NCBI GenBank assembly: GCA_965228855.1
Contig: CBDDIJ010000005.1
Location: forward strand, 416,001-480,000
Length of the DNA: 64,000 bases
Direction of reading: 5' to 3'
Origin: Candidatus Obscuribacterales bacterium
Lineage (GTDB): Bacteria; Cyanobacteriota; Vampirovibrionia; Obscuribacterales; Obscuribacteraceae
Below the pieces are notes generated by a model that did no database searches, was not told the DNA's origin, and saw only the letters and a program-made list of their open reading frames with translations. Positions 29,493-38,060 of the stretch are shown in pieces. The first letter of the stretch is position 1. Each line of letters begins with the position of its first letter. A program made the translations under genes and the position numbers.

Positions 29493-30932
29493 TTACTCAG
29501 TGGGCGAAGGAACTTCAACTGTTAGTGATTTTACTTTGTCCGAAATCGCCACCAGCTGGGCTTCATCACTTGCAAGTAGCTGACCGCCATTCGCTAAAGC
29601 TTGATTCATCACTTCATAGCGCGGACCGTTATTACCGAGGGTGTCGTCGTGCGACACGTACTTGTATATGTCGTGATCGAAAGCCGGAGAAAATTCAGCC
29701 CACTCACCCGGCGCGAGGTCGCTCATCGAGCGTTTGCGCTTTCGGCAGTATTCAGCCAGTGGGTCCACCAGAGAGACGGCTCTGTCTGGAGCGAAGCCCT
29801 TCTCAATCAAATATTCGATAGCATTGGCCCTGTTGAGCATGTCTAAATCGCTGGCATCGCTCATCTTCTTAGTATCGAACATCAAAGCCGGCAAAATCGC
29901 TTCGGTCAATTCGAGCACGAAGTCGAGGTTGTAGACAAGGTCGTTCAACGCAACCAGGACTTCGTTAGTTTCATGGCTGGCGCCAAACGGAAGACCTTTC
30001 AACTGATTCAGTATCTCAGACAGCTTCACGCCTAATGAGCCGCTTTTGGCACGCAAAACTTCGAGGGTCTGCGTACTTTTGCGACCGGGGAAAAAGTCGT
30101 TTTCCAGTGCGAAAACTCGCGGCAAACGCACGAAGCCGAATTCCTGCGTTGCCCACAACAGGAGTTCACCAGCCATTTGAGATAGGTGAACGCCGACTAT
30201 GGCGGCGCATGATGAGAACTCAATCAAGAAATCGAGATCGGGAATCGACTCGAAACCGTTAACGGACAGGCCGTCAAAGGCCAGACTTGATGCAACGATT
30301 GAACGGTCAAGCGGCTGATTCAATAGAATCTGCGAATCAAGATCTGACGGCAGTAAATTCACTCCGGAAAACAAATTCTTGAACCGCTCTCCGTCCTGGC
30401 GCAGACGGCTATCGGCCGCCAGGAAGAAAAACGACAACATTTCTCGCCGCTTTGGTTGCATGTGCGCGTAGGCGGGCATCATAACTTCTTCGTGAGTAAC
30501 AGCCAGTTTAATCAGATGTTTTCGAACCGAAATCATGCGCTTCAGCGTATGCACAATTGCGTCTCGCAACCAGAGGCGTACGTCCGTGAGAAGCCAGGCC
30601 TCATAGGTTCTTCCAACATTGAACCTCTCCGAAATCGTTCCGACCTTTTCGGCAAAGCGCCGCATGAACGCAGAATAAATATCGAGATCATCGTCGAGAA
30701 CTAAGCCAGTCCCGCCAGCGATTTCGTCGCCGATTTCTCTCAGCGCTCCGATCATCCGGTCAGCCACTTCGGCATGCACCACACCGCCGGACGCCAGCAT
30801 TTTCACATGCCCTATAGACGAGAGCACCTGATAAGGCGCCAGGACTTTGTCGATAGAAGGTGCTTGCGGAAACCTGCGGATCTGCGAAAAACGAGAAGGC
30901 AACTGCGGGGTTTCATTGTCTAGTAAATCCAT
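29493..30932 (-). CDS. Argininosuccinate lyase-like protein with degenerate active site
   Basis: Colinear with ArgH along its length (H.KML...G, D.RLWLRD, MP.Y.HMQ, HLS....L.LW...EFGFV.L, LKGLP, YL..KG), but the signature motifs are altered. Confidence 0.8.
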   Translation of the reverse strand: MDLLDNETPQLPSRFSQIRRFPQAPSIDKVLAPYQVLSSIGHVKMLASGGVVHAEVADRMIGALREIGDEIAGGTGLVLDDDLDIYSAFMRRFAEKVGTISERFNVGRTYEAWLLTDVRLWLRDAIVHTLKRMISVRKHLIKLAVTHEEVMMPAYAHMQPKRREMLSFFFLAADSRLRQDGERFKNLFSGVNLLPSDLDSQILLNQPLDRSIVASSLAFDGLSVNGFESIPDLDFLIEFSSCAAIVGVHLSQMAGELLLWATQEFGFVRLPRVFALENDFFPGRKSTQTLEVLRAKSGSLGVKLSEILNQLKGLPFGASHETNEVLVALNDLVYNLDFVLELTEAILPALMFDTKKMSDASDLDMLNRANAIEYLIEKGFAPDRAVSLVDPLAEYCRKRKRSMSDLAPGEWAEFSPAFDHDIYKYVSHDDTLGNNGPRYEVMNQALANGGQLLASDEAQLVAISDKVKSLTVEVPSPTE

Positions 30933-30961
30933 GCCTAAGTTGTATCACAGTTGCCACCATG

Positions 30962-31000
30962 AAAAAGTAAAACGCCGATCGCTCTCTTTTGCGACCGGCG
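30962..31000 (-). terminator. Intrinsic terminator after the small ORF at 31053
   Basis: Minus strand CGCCGGTCGC-AAAAGAGA-GCGATCGGCG followed by TTTTACTTTTT. Confidence 0.75.
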
Positions 31001-31052
31001 GATGAAGTCATTTGAAATTATGGACTTCGTTGAGATGCGATTGACTCGCTCA

Positions 31053-31364
31053 TTAAGCGGCTTTTTGGCCTGCTTGGATTTTTTCCAGCTTCTGAATCTG
31101 TTTTTTATAGCGATTGAACTCTTGTTTGTATCGCTTCTGAACTTGTTTAGGAACTGGCACCTTTTCGTTTTTCAATGCCATATTGATTTTTACTACCCCT
31201 GCTTCTTCTACTTCTTGTTTCAATTCGTCCAACATTATTTGAACTCTAGTTAATCCTATCATAATACGATCCTTCTGGATATGTTTAAACCATCCAGCTG
31301 GCGCTGATTTCGACATATCCATCAGATAGCGCGACCACTTTTCATCGATGCAATCATCGAGCAA
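31053..31364 (-). CDS. Hypothetical small basic helical protein (start uncertain)
   Basis: Lys/Gln-rich helical C-half, followed by a strong same-strand terminator. Confidence 0.5.
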   Translation of the reverse strand: MLDDCIDEKWSRYLMDMSKSAPAGWFKHIQKDRIMIGLTRVQIMLDELKQEVEEAGVVKINMALKNEKVPVPKQVQKRYKQEFNRYKKQIQKLEKIQAGQKAA

Positions 31365-31735
31365 ACTTCAGGCAGCGATCGAGCTGGGCGGCATTCTTAG
31401 ACGCTTGAAAAGCGCCTGAGCCCTGTCGCCTGGCTTGCGCTCCAATTCAAAAACACGGTTCAACGGCCTAAGTTCCGATAACTAAGCGACCTTCGACGCT
31501 CGTCTCAGGTGGTCTCTTGATTACACGCTTCAGGCAAATCTCGCCATAGGCTCTCACGTTCCAGCAAAATCACGTCAGGTAGCCGAAGGTAATTATCTGA
31601 TCTTGATATTAAGAGTCTTCCAGGCCAAAGGTTTGACCTTACGCTCAAGTGGTAATTAAAAGTAATATAAAAGAAACCCGTTCGGTTGCAGAAACGCATT
31701 TACTACTTTCGCTCGCGAAGACTGTCCCCCTAGCT

Positions 31736-33466
31736 ATGAAGCTGTGCCTGGTATGTAATTTTCAAACCGCTGAAGATCAGGACATTTGTCCTCGTGACGG
31801 CTCGTCTATGGTCACCGTTGGTGATGACCCCTTATTGGGGATGGTTGTCGAAGGTCGTTACAAAATCCAGTCGGTAATAGGGCAGGGATCTGCCGGCACT
31901 GTTTATAAAGCAGTGCAAGAACTCATTGGACGCGAGGTCGCCATTAAGGTACTGCACGATTACCTCGTGTCTGACGACGAATTTATTAAACGTTTTCGTC
32001 AGGAAGCAAAGGCCTCCAGTCGCCTTTCTCATCCCAACATCATTACCATCTACGACTTCGGACTGATCCCGGAAGGACATCGTCCTTATATTGCGATGGA
32101 CCTGTTGATAGGAACGCCGCTGTCCGATCTTCTGTCGTCGGTAGAGCGACTTTCGCTTGAAGAAGCTATTCCGGTATTCGTTCAGGTCTGCTCCGCGTTA
32201 GGAGAAGCACACAGGCAAGGCGTCGTACACCGAGACGTTAAACCGGAGAACATCGTCCTTGTTGAACGCAGCGGACAACGCTTATTCCCCATCGTGGTGG
32301 ACTTCGGCATCGCGCGTATAGTGGAAGAATCTGACGCCGCTAAGATTACGCGCACCGGCACCGTATGTGGTTCGCCTACATATATGAGTCCGGAGCAGTG
32401 CACCTCATCCAAGGTTGATCATCGCAGTGACATTTACTCTCTTGGCGTAGTCATTTATGAAACCCTTACCGGCGAAGTTCCGTTCCACTCTGACGAACTC
32501 GTGCGTGTTATGGCAATGCACCTGTCCGATCCGCCCACACCATTGAATCAAGTCAAACCTGGTTTGGTCTTCCCTGAGATGCTGGAAGAAGTGGTTTACA
32601 AATCACTGGCGAAAAATCCGGACCAGCGCTATCAATCAATGGAAGATTTCGCGGCAGCATTAGAAGAATCAGTCAAGCAGAAGGAACCGGCATCAGCCAA
32701 AACATCTCAAAAGAAGGCGAAACCGATAGAGCCTGGTCCGCTCGCGCAGGACGAAAGCTTGCATATGCAACGCAGCCAGAGTCAGGAGATGCCGGCGCCG
32801 TCGCGAGCATCATCGCGCGACCTGGCCAGCCGCGCCCTGGAAGAATTACAAACTCGCGGTTCCAGCACGGGAAACAGTCCAGCCCAGGAACCACCAAATA
32901 CGGTATCGGATCAAATCAACGCCATGCGCGCGCAGATGCGACAGGAGCACCACGAAGGTCATGCAGGCGCGCTCAAATCAAGCGATTTTTCGAGAGGCCG
33001 GAAGGGCGGATCAGGCGCTTTGCAAAAGGTCCTCTATGGGGTCGTCGGTCTTCTGGGAATCGCAGTTTTGTACTTCACGCTGCTGAGCGCGGGAGTAGTT
33101 CCCAAAACACTGCCCTCAATGTCGGGAAGCACTCCGGCACCAACCGTTAAAGATGCGCAAAAATTAGTCGCTGAAGGCAAACTCAAGGATGCCATCCCCG
33201 TTTTCGAAGCACTGAAGTCGCAGGGCAAACTAAATCCCGCAGAAAAGGAGAGTCTCAACGATCTTTATATAAAGGTCGGCAAGCAACATGTCGATGAAGG
33301 AGACATTCCAGAAGCAATTGAGACCGTGAAGAAAGTTCCTGCCGATTCTAAGCATTACAAAACGGCTCAGGGATTGGCTAAGCAATGGGAAGCCAAATCG
33401 AACGGCGGCGAAGAAAAAGAAGAGAAGGACAAAAAGAAGGGCCCGCGCCGTCGCAGACGCTCCTGA
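31736..33466 (+). CDS. Membrane Ser/Thr protein kinase with N-terminal Cys-rich ribbon and C-terminal helical (TPR-like) domain
   Basis: CLVC...CPRDG, IGQGSAGTVY, VAIK, HRDVKPEN, DFG, GSPTYMSPE, then a TM (VLYGVVGLLGIAVLYFTLL). Confidence 0.93.
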   Translation: MKLCLVCNFQTAEDQDICPRDGSSMVTVGDDPLLGMVVEGRYKIQSVIGQGSAGTVYKAVQELIGREVAIKVLHDYLVSDDEFIKRFRQEAKASSRLSHPNIITIYDFGLIPEGHRPYIAMDLLIGTPLSDLLSSVERLSLEEAIPVFVQVCSALGEAHRQGVVHRDVKPENIVLVERSGQRLFPIVVDFGIARIVEESDAAKITRTGTVCGSPTYMSPEQCTSSKVDHRSDIYSLGVVIYETLTGEVPFHSDELVRVMAMHLSDPPTPLNQVKPGLVFPEMLEEVVYKSLAKNPDQRYQSMEDFAAALEESVKQKEPASAKTSQKKAKPIEPGPLAQDESLHMQRSQSQEMPAPSRASSRDLASRALEELQTRGSSTGNSPAQEPPNTVSDQINAMRAQMRQEHHEGHAGALKSSDFSRGRKGGSGALQKVLYGVVGLLGIAVLYFTLLSAGVVPKTLPSMSGSTPAPTVKDAQKLVAEGKLKDAIPVFEALKSQGKLNPAEKESLNDLYIKVGKQHVDEGDIPEAIETVKKVPADSKHYKTAQGLAKQWEAKSNGGEEKEEKDKKKGPRRRRRS

Positions 33467-33500
33467 GCAGACGTCCTTCCAATGATGCTATCAGTGGTGC

Positions 33501-34472
33501 CTATTCGTTGAAGGCGCCAATAGCTCTAAACTTAGCCTGACGGTCGTTACGGACTTCTTCGGCCGACATTTTCATGAGATCTTTAAGCTGATTCAGAATC
33601 GCGGCTTTAGCATTAGCTGCAGTCGTATCAGCATCATGATGAGCGCCCCGAAGCGGTTCGTCAATGACACCATCTATAACACCAAGCTCCAAAATCTCTC
33701 TTGCGGTAATACGCATAGCCTGAGCTGCTTCCATAGCCTTTTCGGCAGTTTTCCACAAAATAGAGGCACAACCTTCAGGCGAAATAACCGAATAGACGGA
33801 ATGCTCAAGCATAAGAACTCGATTGGCCAGGCCGATTGCAAGCGCTCCTCCGGAACCGCCTTCTCCAGTCACGACTGAAACGACGGGAACTTTGAGACCG
33901 GCGAGTTCCAACAAATTCACGGCGATAGCTTCGGCCTGGTTATGCTCTTCGGCAGTCAAGCCGGGGTAAGCACCGGGAGTATCGATCAAAGTCACGACAG
34001 GCAAACCGAATTTTTCGGCATGCTTGAATAGGCGCAAGGCTTTTCGATAACCCTCAGGCTGCGGCATACCGAAGTTGCACTGTTGTTTGTCGCGCAACGA
34101 GCGCCCTTTTTGGGTACCGACTGCCACCACTTTCACGTCATCGGAAAGTTGCAACAGGCCGCAAACCATCGCGTCGTCGTCACGACCTTTTCGATCGCCA
34201 TGCAATTCGATCCACTGTGGATCCCATCTATCGAAATAATCGCGAGTGTAGGGACGGTGCGGGTGACGAGCAATTGCCAGATGGTCGAGCGGTTTCAGAT
34301 TCGTATAAAGAGATTTCTGCAGACGCTCGTACTGATCCTCGAGCCGTTCTACATCGCCTTCGAGTTGCGGCTGGCTGGACAGTTGCTCTTTCAAGCGCTC
34401 GATCTGCTGACGCAACAGCTCAAGCGGTTTTTCAAATTCAAGCGGTATCGGTCGCTTTTCTCTCTCAGCCAT
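33501..34472 (-). CDS. accA: Acetyl-CoA carboxylase carboxyltransferase alpha subunit
   Basis: LEFEKPL, ARHPHRP, ELHGDR, NFGMPQPEGYRKA, DTPGAYPG, GEGGSGGALA, YSVISPEGCASILW. Confidence 0.97.
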   Translation of the reverse strand: MAEREKRPIPLEFEKPLELLRQQIERLKEQLSSQPQLEGDVERLEDQYERLQKSLYTNLKPLDHLAIARHPHRPYTRDYFDRWDPQWIELHGDRKGRDDDAMVCGLLQLSDDVKVVAVGTQKGRSLRDKQQCNFGMPQPEGYRKALRLFKHAEKFGLPVVTLIDTPGAYPGLTAEEHNQAEAIAVNLLELAGLKVPVVSVVTGEGGSGGALAIGLANRVLMLEHSVYSVISPEGCASILWKTAEKAMEAAQAMRITAREILELGVIDGVIDEPLRGAHHDADTTAANAKAAILNQLKDLMKMSAEEVRNDRQAKFRAIGAFNE

Positions 34473-34525
34473 CTGTCCTTTAAACTCCCCACGCCTCGTT
34501 CAAGCGGAAAACTCGAAATTCGGCA

Positions 34526-35452
34526 TCAAGCCCTCGAACCTACCTTATCTTTTTTTTTAGCCCCTGCCAGGGCGCTGTTTGCATCAGACTTGTGGAAGTT
34601 AAGCAACTTCCCAAGCGTGTCTTTGAGAGACAGACGATCGACGACCATGTCAACCTGTCCGTGTTTCAACAAGTATTCAGCTGTCTGGAAATCATTAGGC
34701 AACTTTTGCCGAATGGTTTCCTCGATTACTCTTCTTCCGGCAAAACCTATACGAGCACCCGGTTCTGCAATGATAATGTCACCCAACATCGCGAAGCTCG
34801 CGGTCACTCCGCCAAATGTCGGTTCACACAAAAGTGAGATGTAGAGCAGACCCTCGTCTGCCAGCGACTTGAGGGCGGAGCTCGTCTTCGCCATTTGCAT
34901 CAAGCTGAGCAAGCCTTCTTGCATGCGAGCGCCACCTGAACTCGAAATGATGATGACGCCAATGCGCTTCTCAATTGCTTTTTCGATCAGGCGAGTCACC
35001 TTTTCGCCGACTACGGAACCCATGGAACCGCCGAAATAAGCGAAGTCCATGATTCCCAGAGCGACTTCTTCGCCATTAATTTTGCAGATACCCGTGATGA
35101 CCGCGTCTCGCAAACCTGTCTTGCGTTCGGCATCTTGCTGTTTTTTCGTATAAGACTCAGTGTCGATAAAACCCAGCGGGTCCGAAGACGTCATTTTCGC
35201 ATCCAGCTCGTGGAACGAGCCTACATCGGCTAGTTGCTCGATGCGTTCGTCGGCTCCGATTCTAAAATGATATTTGCATTTTGGACAGACCGACATATTG
35301 GTGCGCAAATCGCGCACATACAGAAGTTCACGGCATTGGAAACAGGGCTTCCACAAAGCGCAATACTCTTCGTTTGACATCGGCAGCTTAGGTGCCAGAT
35401 TCTGGTCTTCTTTGGGCTTCTTGCGATTAGCAAACCATTCCTTGAGATCCAT
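34526..35452 (-). CDS. accD: Acetyl-CoA carboxylase carboxyltransferase beta subunit
   Basis: Zinc finger CFQC...CPKC, GGSMGSVVGEK, SGGARMQEG..SLMQM, GGVTASFA, FAGRRVIE. Confidence 0.97.
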   Translation of the reverse strand: MDLKEWFANRKKPKEDQNLAPKLPMSNEEYCALWKPCFQCRELLYVRDLRTNMSVCPKCKYHFRIGADERIEQLADVGSFHELDAKMTSSDPLGFIDTESYTKKQQDAERKTGLRDAVITGICKINGEEVALGIMDFAYFGGSMGSVVGEKVTRLIEKAIEKRIGVIIISSSGGARMQEGLLSLMQMAKTSSALKSLADEGLLYISLLCEPTFGGVTASFAMLGDIIIAEPGARIGFAGRRVIEETIRQKLPNDFQTAEYLLKHGQVDMVVDRLSLKDTLGKLLNFHKSDANSALAGAKKKDKVGSRA

Positions 35453-35502
35453 TCAGCTTTGGGCTTCGCCCAACCTCGCGAGTAGTGTAAATTGAACCGT
35501 CG

Positions 35503-35613
35503 GTCTGCCGGACTGAACCTCCTGGCTCTATGGAAGCTGTCATGATGTACCCTGAAAGAATTCGCGAAAGCGTGATTCCCTCGGCAGCGGGCGAGCTTCA
35601 GCCCTGAGCAGAC
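35503..35613. other. Candidate structured RNA element between divergent accD and rsmE
   Basis: Nested complementary arms GTCTGC/GCAGAC, GGACTGAACCTC/GAGCTTCAGCCC and GCTGTC/GGCAGC enclose a CGC-GAAA-GCG hairpin. Confidence 0.4.
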
Positions 35614-35668
35614 GAAGATTATATCATTGTCAGATCCTACAAAGAGAGACGTATGGCCTAAGGTAAAA

Positions 35669-36496
35669 ATGACTATTCATCGTTTCATCATTGATAGTTC
35701 TCAAGTCGACCGCGAAGGCGGCTGGGTCAAACTCGCCGATCCCAGACAGGTAAAGCAACTCACGCGAGTACTGCGACTCGAAAAAGGTGACCGTATAGAT
35801 GTAGTGGATGAGAACGGAACGCTTTACGAACTGAATATCGAGTCGTTTTCGAACAAACAGGTCGACGCCCGCATTTCGAAGGTGCAGGAAGCGAAAGCGA
35901 GCAACTCCAGACCGTTTCGAATTACTGTGGTGTTGCCGCTTTTGAAAGGAGGCAACTTCGAGTCCACTTTACAGAAACTAACCGAGATTGGCGTAGACAC
36001 TATCATTCCAGTCTCCACAGAGAGAACGATCGTGAAGGTGGATGGAGAGCGAGGCACGAAAGCAGATGAAAAACTGCGTCGCTGGATGTCAATCCTGAAA
36101 GAATCCACAGAGCAATGTGAGCGACCGAGACCACCGCAGATCGTCAAAGTCAGGCCACTGGAAAAAGCTTTGAATGATTTAAGGAGAGCAGATAATTCCG
36201 GTTTCACATTCATCTGCGTCGAAAGAAGTCAAGCACCACATTTGGTTACTACTGTGTACAGCAGAAGATTTGGAGAGGCATCACCGGCAGTGGCACCGTC
36301 CGATATATCCATAGTTATCGGACCGGAAGGTGGTTTTTCTGAACAAGAAATAGACCATGCGATATCGCTCGGATGCATACCGTGCAGCCTGGGAGGCAAT
36401 ATTTTGAGATCTGAAACGGCAGCTGTCGTCGCAGCCGGTCTGGTAGCCAGTTTTGAAGAAATTTCAGGTTGCGCCCCGAAATATTCAATCGAGTAG
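35669..36496 (+). CDS. rsmE: 16S rRNA m3U1498 methyltransferase
   Basis: HRF, RVLRL..GD, QKLTEIGV, EQCER, IGPEGGFS, LG.NILRSETA. Start placed at ATG 35669. Confidence 0.95.
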   Translation: MTIHRFIIDSSQVDREGGWVKLADPRQVKQLTRVLRLEKGDRIDVVDENGTLYELNIESFSNKQVDARISKVQEAKASNSRPFRITVVLPLLKGGNFESTLQKLTEIGVDTIIPVSTERTIVKVDGERGTKADEKLRRWMSILKESTEQCERPRPPQIVKVRPLEKALNDLRRADNSGFTFICVERSQAPHLVTTVYSRRFGEASPAVAPSDISIVIGPEGGFSEQEIDHAISLGCIPCSLGGNILRSETAAVVAAGLVASFEEISGCAPKYSIE

Positions 36497-36707
36497 TGAA
36501 ACCATATACAGTGACACACCGTCGTATTCTTCGGGGACGCCATTTCGGCGAATTGTCACCTCCGGTGGTGCCCTAAAAACCGAAATGCATAGAGAATATA
36601 TTTGAGAAAATCTCGTTATTGACTTGACAAAGGGAGGCTTCACGAGGCTTAATAGTAGCCGATGCGGGCGGCATCATCGGTGATGCATATCCTCGACAAG
36701 AAAGGCA

Positions 36708-37370
36708 ATGAGCGTGGCTGCAAACTTAGCTCAAATAAGAGACTACCTGGGTGAGCAGCCAGTCAAACTTATTGCCGTATCCAAGGCAGCAAGCCTGTCT
36801 CAGATTGAGGAAGCGATCCGGTGTGGTGTCACCGAGTTTGGTGAAAACCGAGTGCAAGATGCACTGAACAAGATGGAGCAGCTGTCACCGAATACGGTGT
36901 CGGTCAACTGGCATCTAATCGGTCATCTGCAAACCAACAAAGTGAAGCTAGCTGTGGGAAACTTCACTTTGATTCATTCCGTCGACTCGTTGCGGTTGGC
37001 GAAAGAGATCTCGGCAACAGCTCAAAAGAAAGACATCACCCAGCGGGTCCTCCTGCAAGTGATGGTTCTTCCCGATCCGAACAAGAGTGGGTTCACCATC
37101 GACGAACTGAAAGCGTCGATGAACGAGCTTCTAGCCTTGCCAGGAATGAAAATAGAAGGGCTGATGACGATTACTCCTTTAACCAATGACAACGCCGTCT
37201 GGACGGAAAGCTTCAATCGCCTGCGTGAACTGCGTGATGAACTCGCGCAGACTCACGGAATCGAGCTCAAAGAGCTTTCCATGGGTATGACGAACGACTG
37301 GCAGGATGCCGTCAAATGTGGTGCCACAATGGTGCGGATTGGTAGGGCGATTTTTCAGGATAACAACTAG
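36708..37370 (+). CDS. yggS: PLP homeostasis protein YggS/PipY
   Basis: LIAVSK, FGENRVQ, WHLIGHLQTNK, IHSVDS, GLMT, LSMGM..D, GATMVRIG. Confidence 0.96.
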   Translation: MSVAANLAQIRDYLGEQPVKLIAVSKAASLSQIEEAIRCGVTEFGENRVQDALNKMEQLSPNTVSVNWHLIGHLQTNKVKLAVGNFTLIHSVDSLRLAKEISATAQKKDITQRVLLQVMVLPDPNKSGFTIDELKASMNELLALPGMKIEGLMTITPLTNDNAVWTESFNRLRELRDELAQTHGIELKELSMGMTNDWQDAVKCGATMVRIGRAIFQDNN

Positions 37371-37467
37371 AGTTTTGTTTGTGTTTGGTTCAAGAGAAAG
37401 AAAAAGAGAAGGCTGAGACGGTACATCGAAGGTTTTTTAGGCGCAGGACAAGCCGGCAAGGAGGAAA

Positions 37468-37983
37468 GTGGTGAGCAGCATAGTACAAAAATTCAAAAGT
37501 TTCTGGTTCGGACCCACCGATCAATACGATCAAGAAGATTTCGAGGATCTGTTTGAGACAACAGATGATGTCTACGCAACCAACGGTCAGTTGGCTCTAG
37601 ACCGCACACCGATGGAGGCACCGCCTCCGCCGCAAATCACGCCGGGATTCAACCAACGCTCGAAAGTGGTGGACCACCCGAGTGCAGCGGCAGCAAGCGA
37701 AGTGCTGGTCATCGAACCCAGACAGTTCGAAGAGTCGATCGAAATCGTGGACCATCTTCGCAACAGAAAATCGGTTCTGCTGAATCTGCATATGCTCGAC
37801 AACGAGCAATCGCAGCGCGTCGTAGACTTCCTATCGGGCGCCACCTGGGCAATCGACGGACATCAACAACGCATCGGCGATGGAGTGTTCTTGTTTGCAC
37901 CAGCCTCGGTTACCATCAACACCGAGTCGAACGGTTCGAAAGCTTTAAAAGAAGCTTTCTGGAACCAAACCGCGACGCTTTAG
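37468..37983 (+). CDS. sepF: Cell division protein SepF
   Basis: N-terminal amphipathic helix, EPRQFEE, SVLLNL, QRVVDFLSG...IDG, FLFAP; follows yggS. Confidence 0.95.
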   Translation: MVSSIVQKFKSFWFGPTDQYDQEDFEDLFETTDDVYATNGQLALDRTPMEAPPPPQITPGFNQRSKVVDHPSAAAASEVLVIEPRQFEESIEIVDHLRNRKSVLLNLHMLDNEQSQRVVDFLSGATWAIDGHQQRIGDGVFLFAPASVTINTESNGSKALKEAFWNQTATL

Positions 37984-38021
37984 AGCGAACGCGAGGCCGA
38001 GCCGGCGACTTAAGGAATCCG

Positions 38022-38058
38022 AAACGGTGGCACCAGATACGGCGCCACCGTTTTCTTT
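38022..38058. terminator. Terminator between convergent sepF and kinase genes
   Basis: AAACGGTGGC...GCCACCGTTT stem followed by T residues. Confidence 0.8.
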
Positions 38059-38060
38059 CG

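Noticed and set aside
31365..31550. Upstream in-frame extension of the 31053 ORF through a TGA (pseudogene or readthrough)
   Set aside because: There are several further stops and no recognisable protein similarity.
35490..35620. Calling the accD-upstream structure 6S RNA or SRP RNA
   Set aside because: It is shorter than a typical 6S RNA and lacks the SRP domain IV motif, so it is kept only as an unassigned candidate.
36511..36570. Small multi-stem structure between rsmE and yggS
   Set aside because: The stems are short (3-6 bp) and show no tRNA or riboswitch signature.
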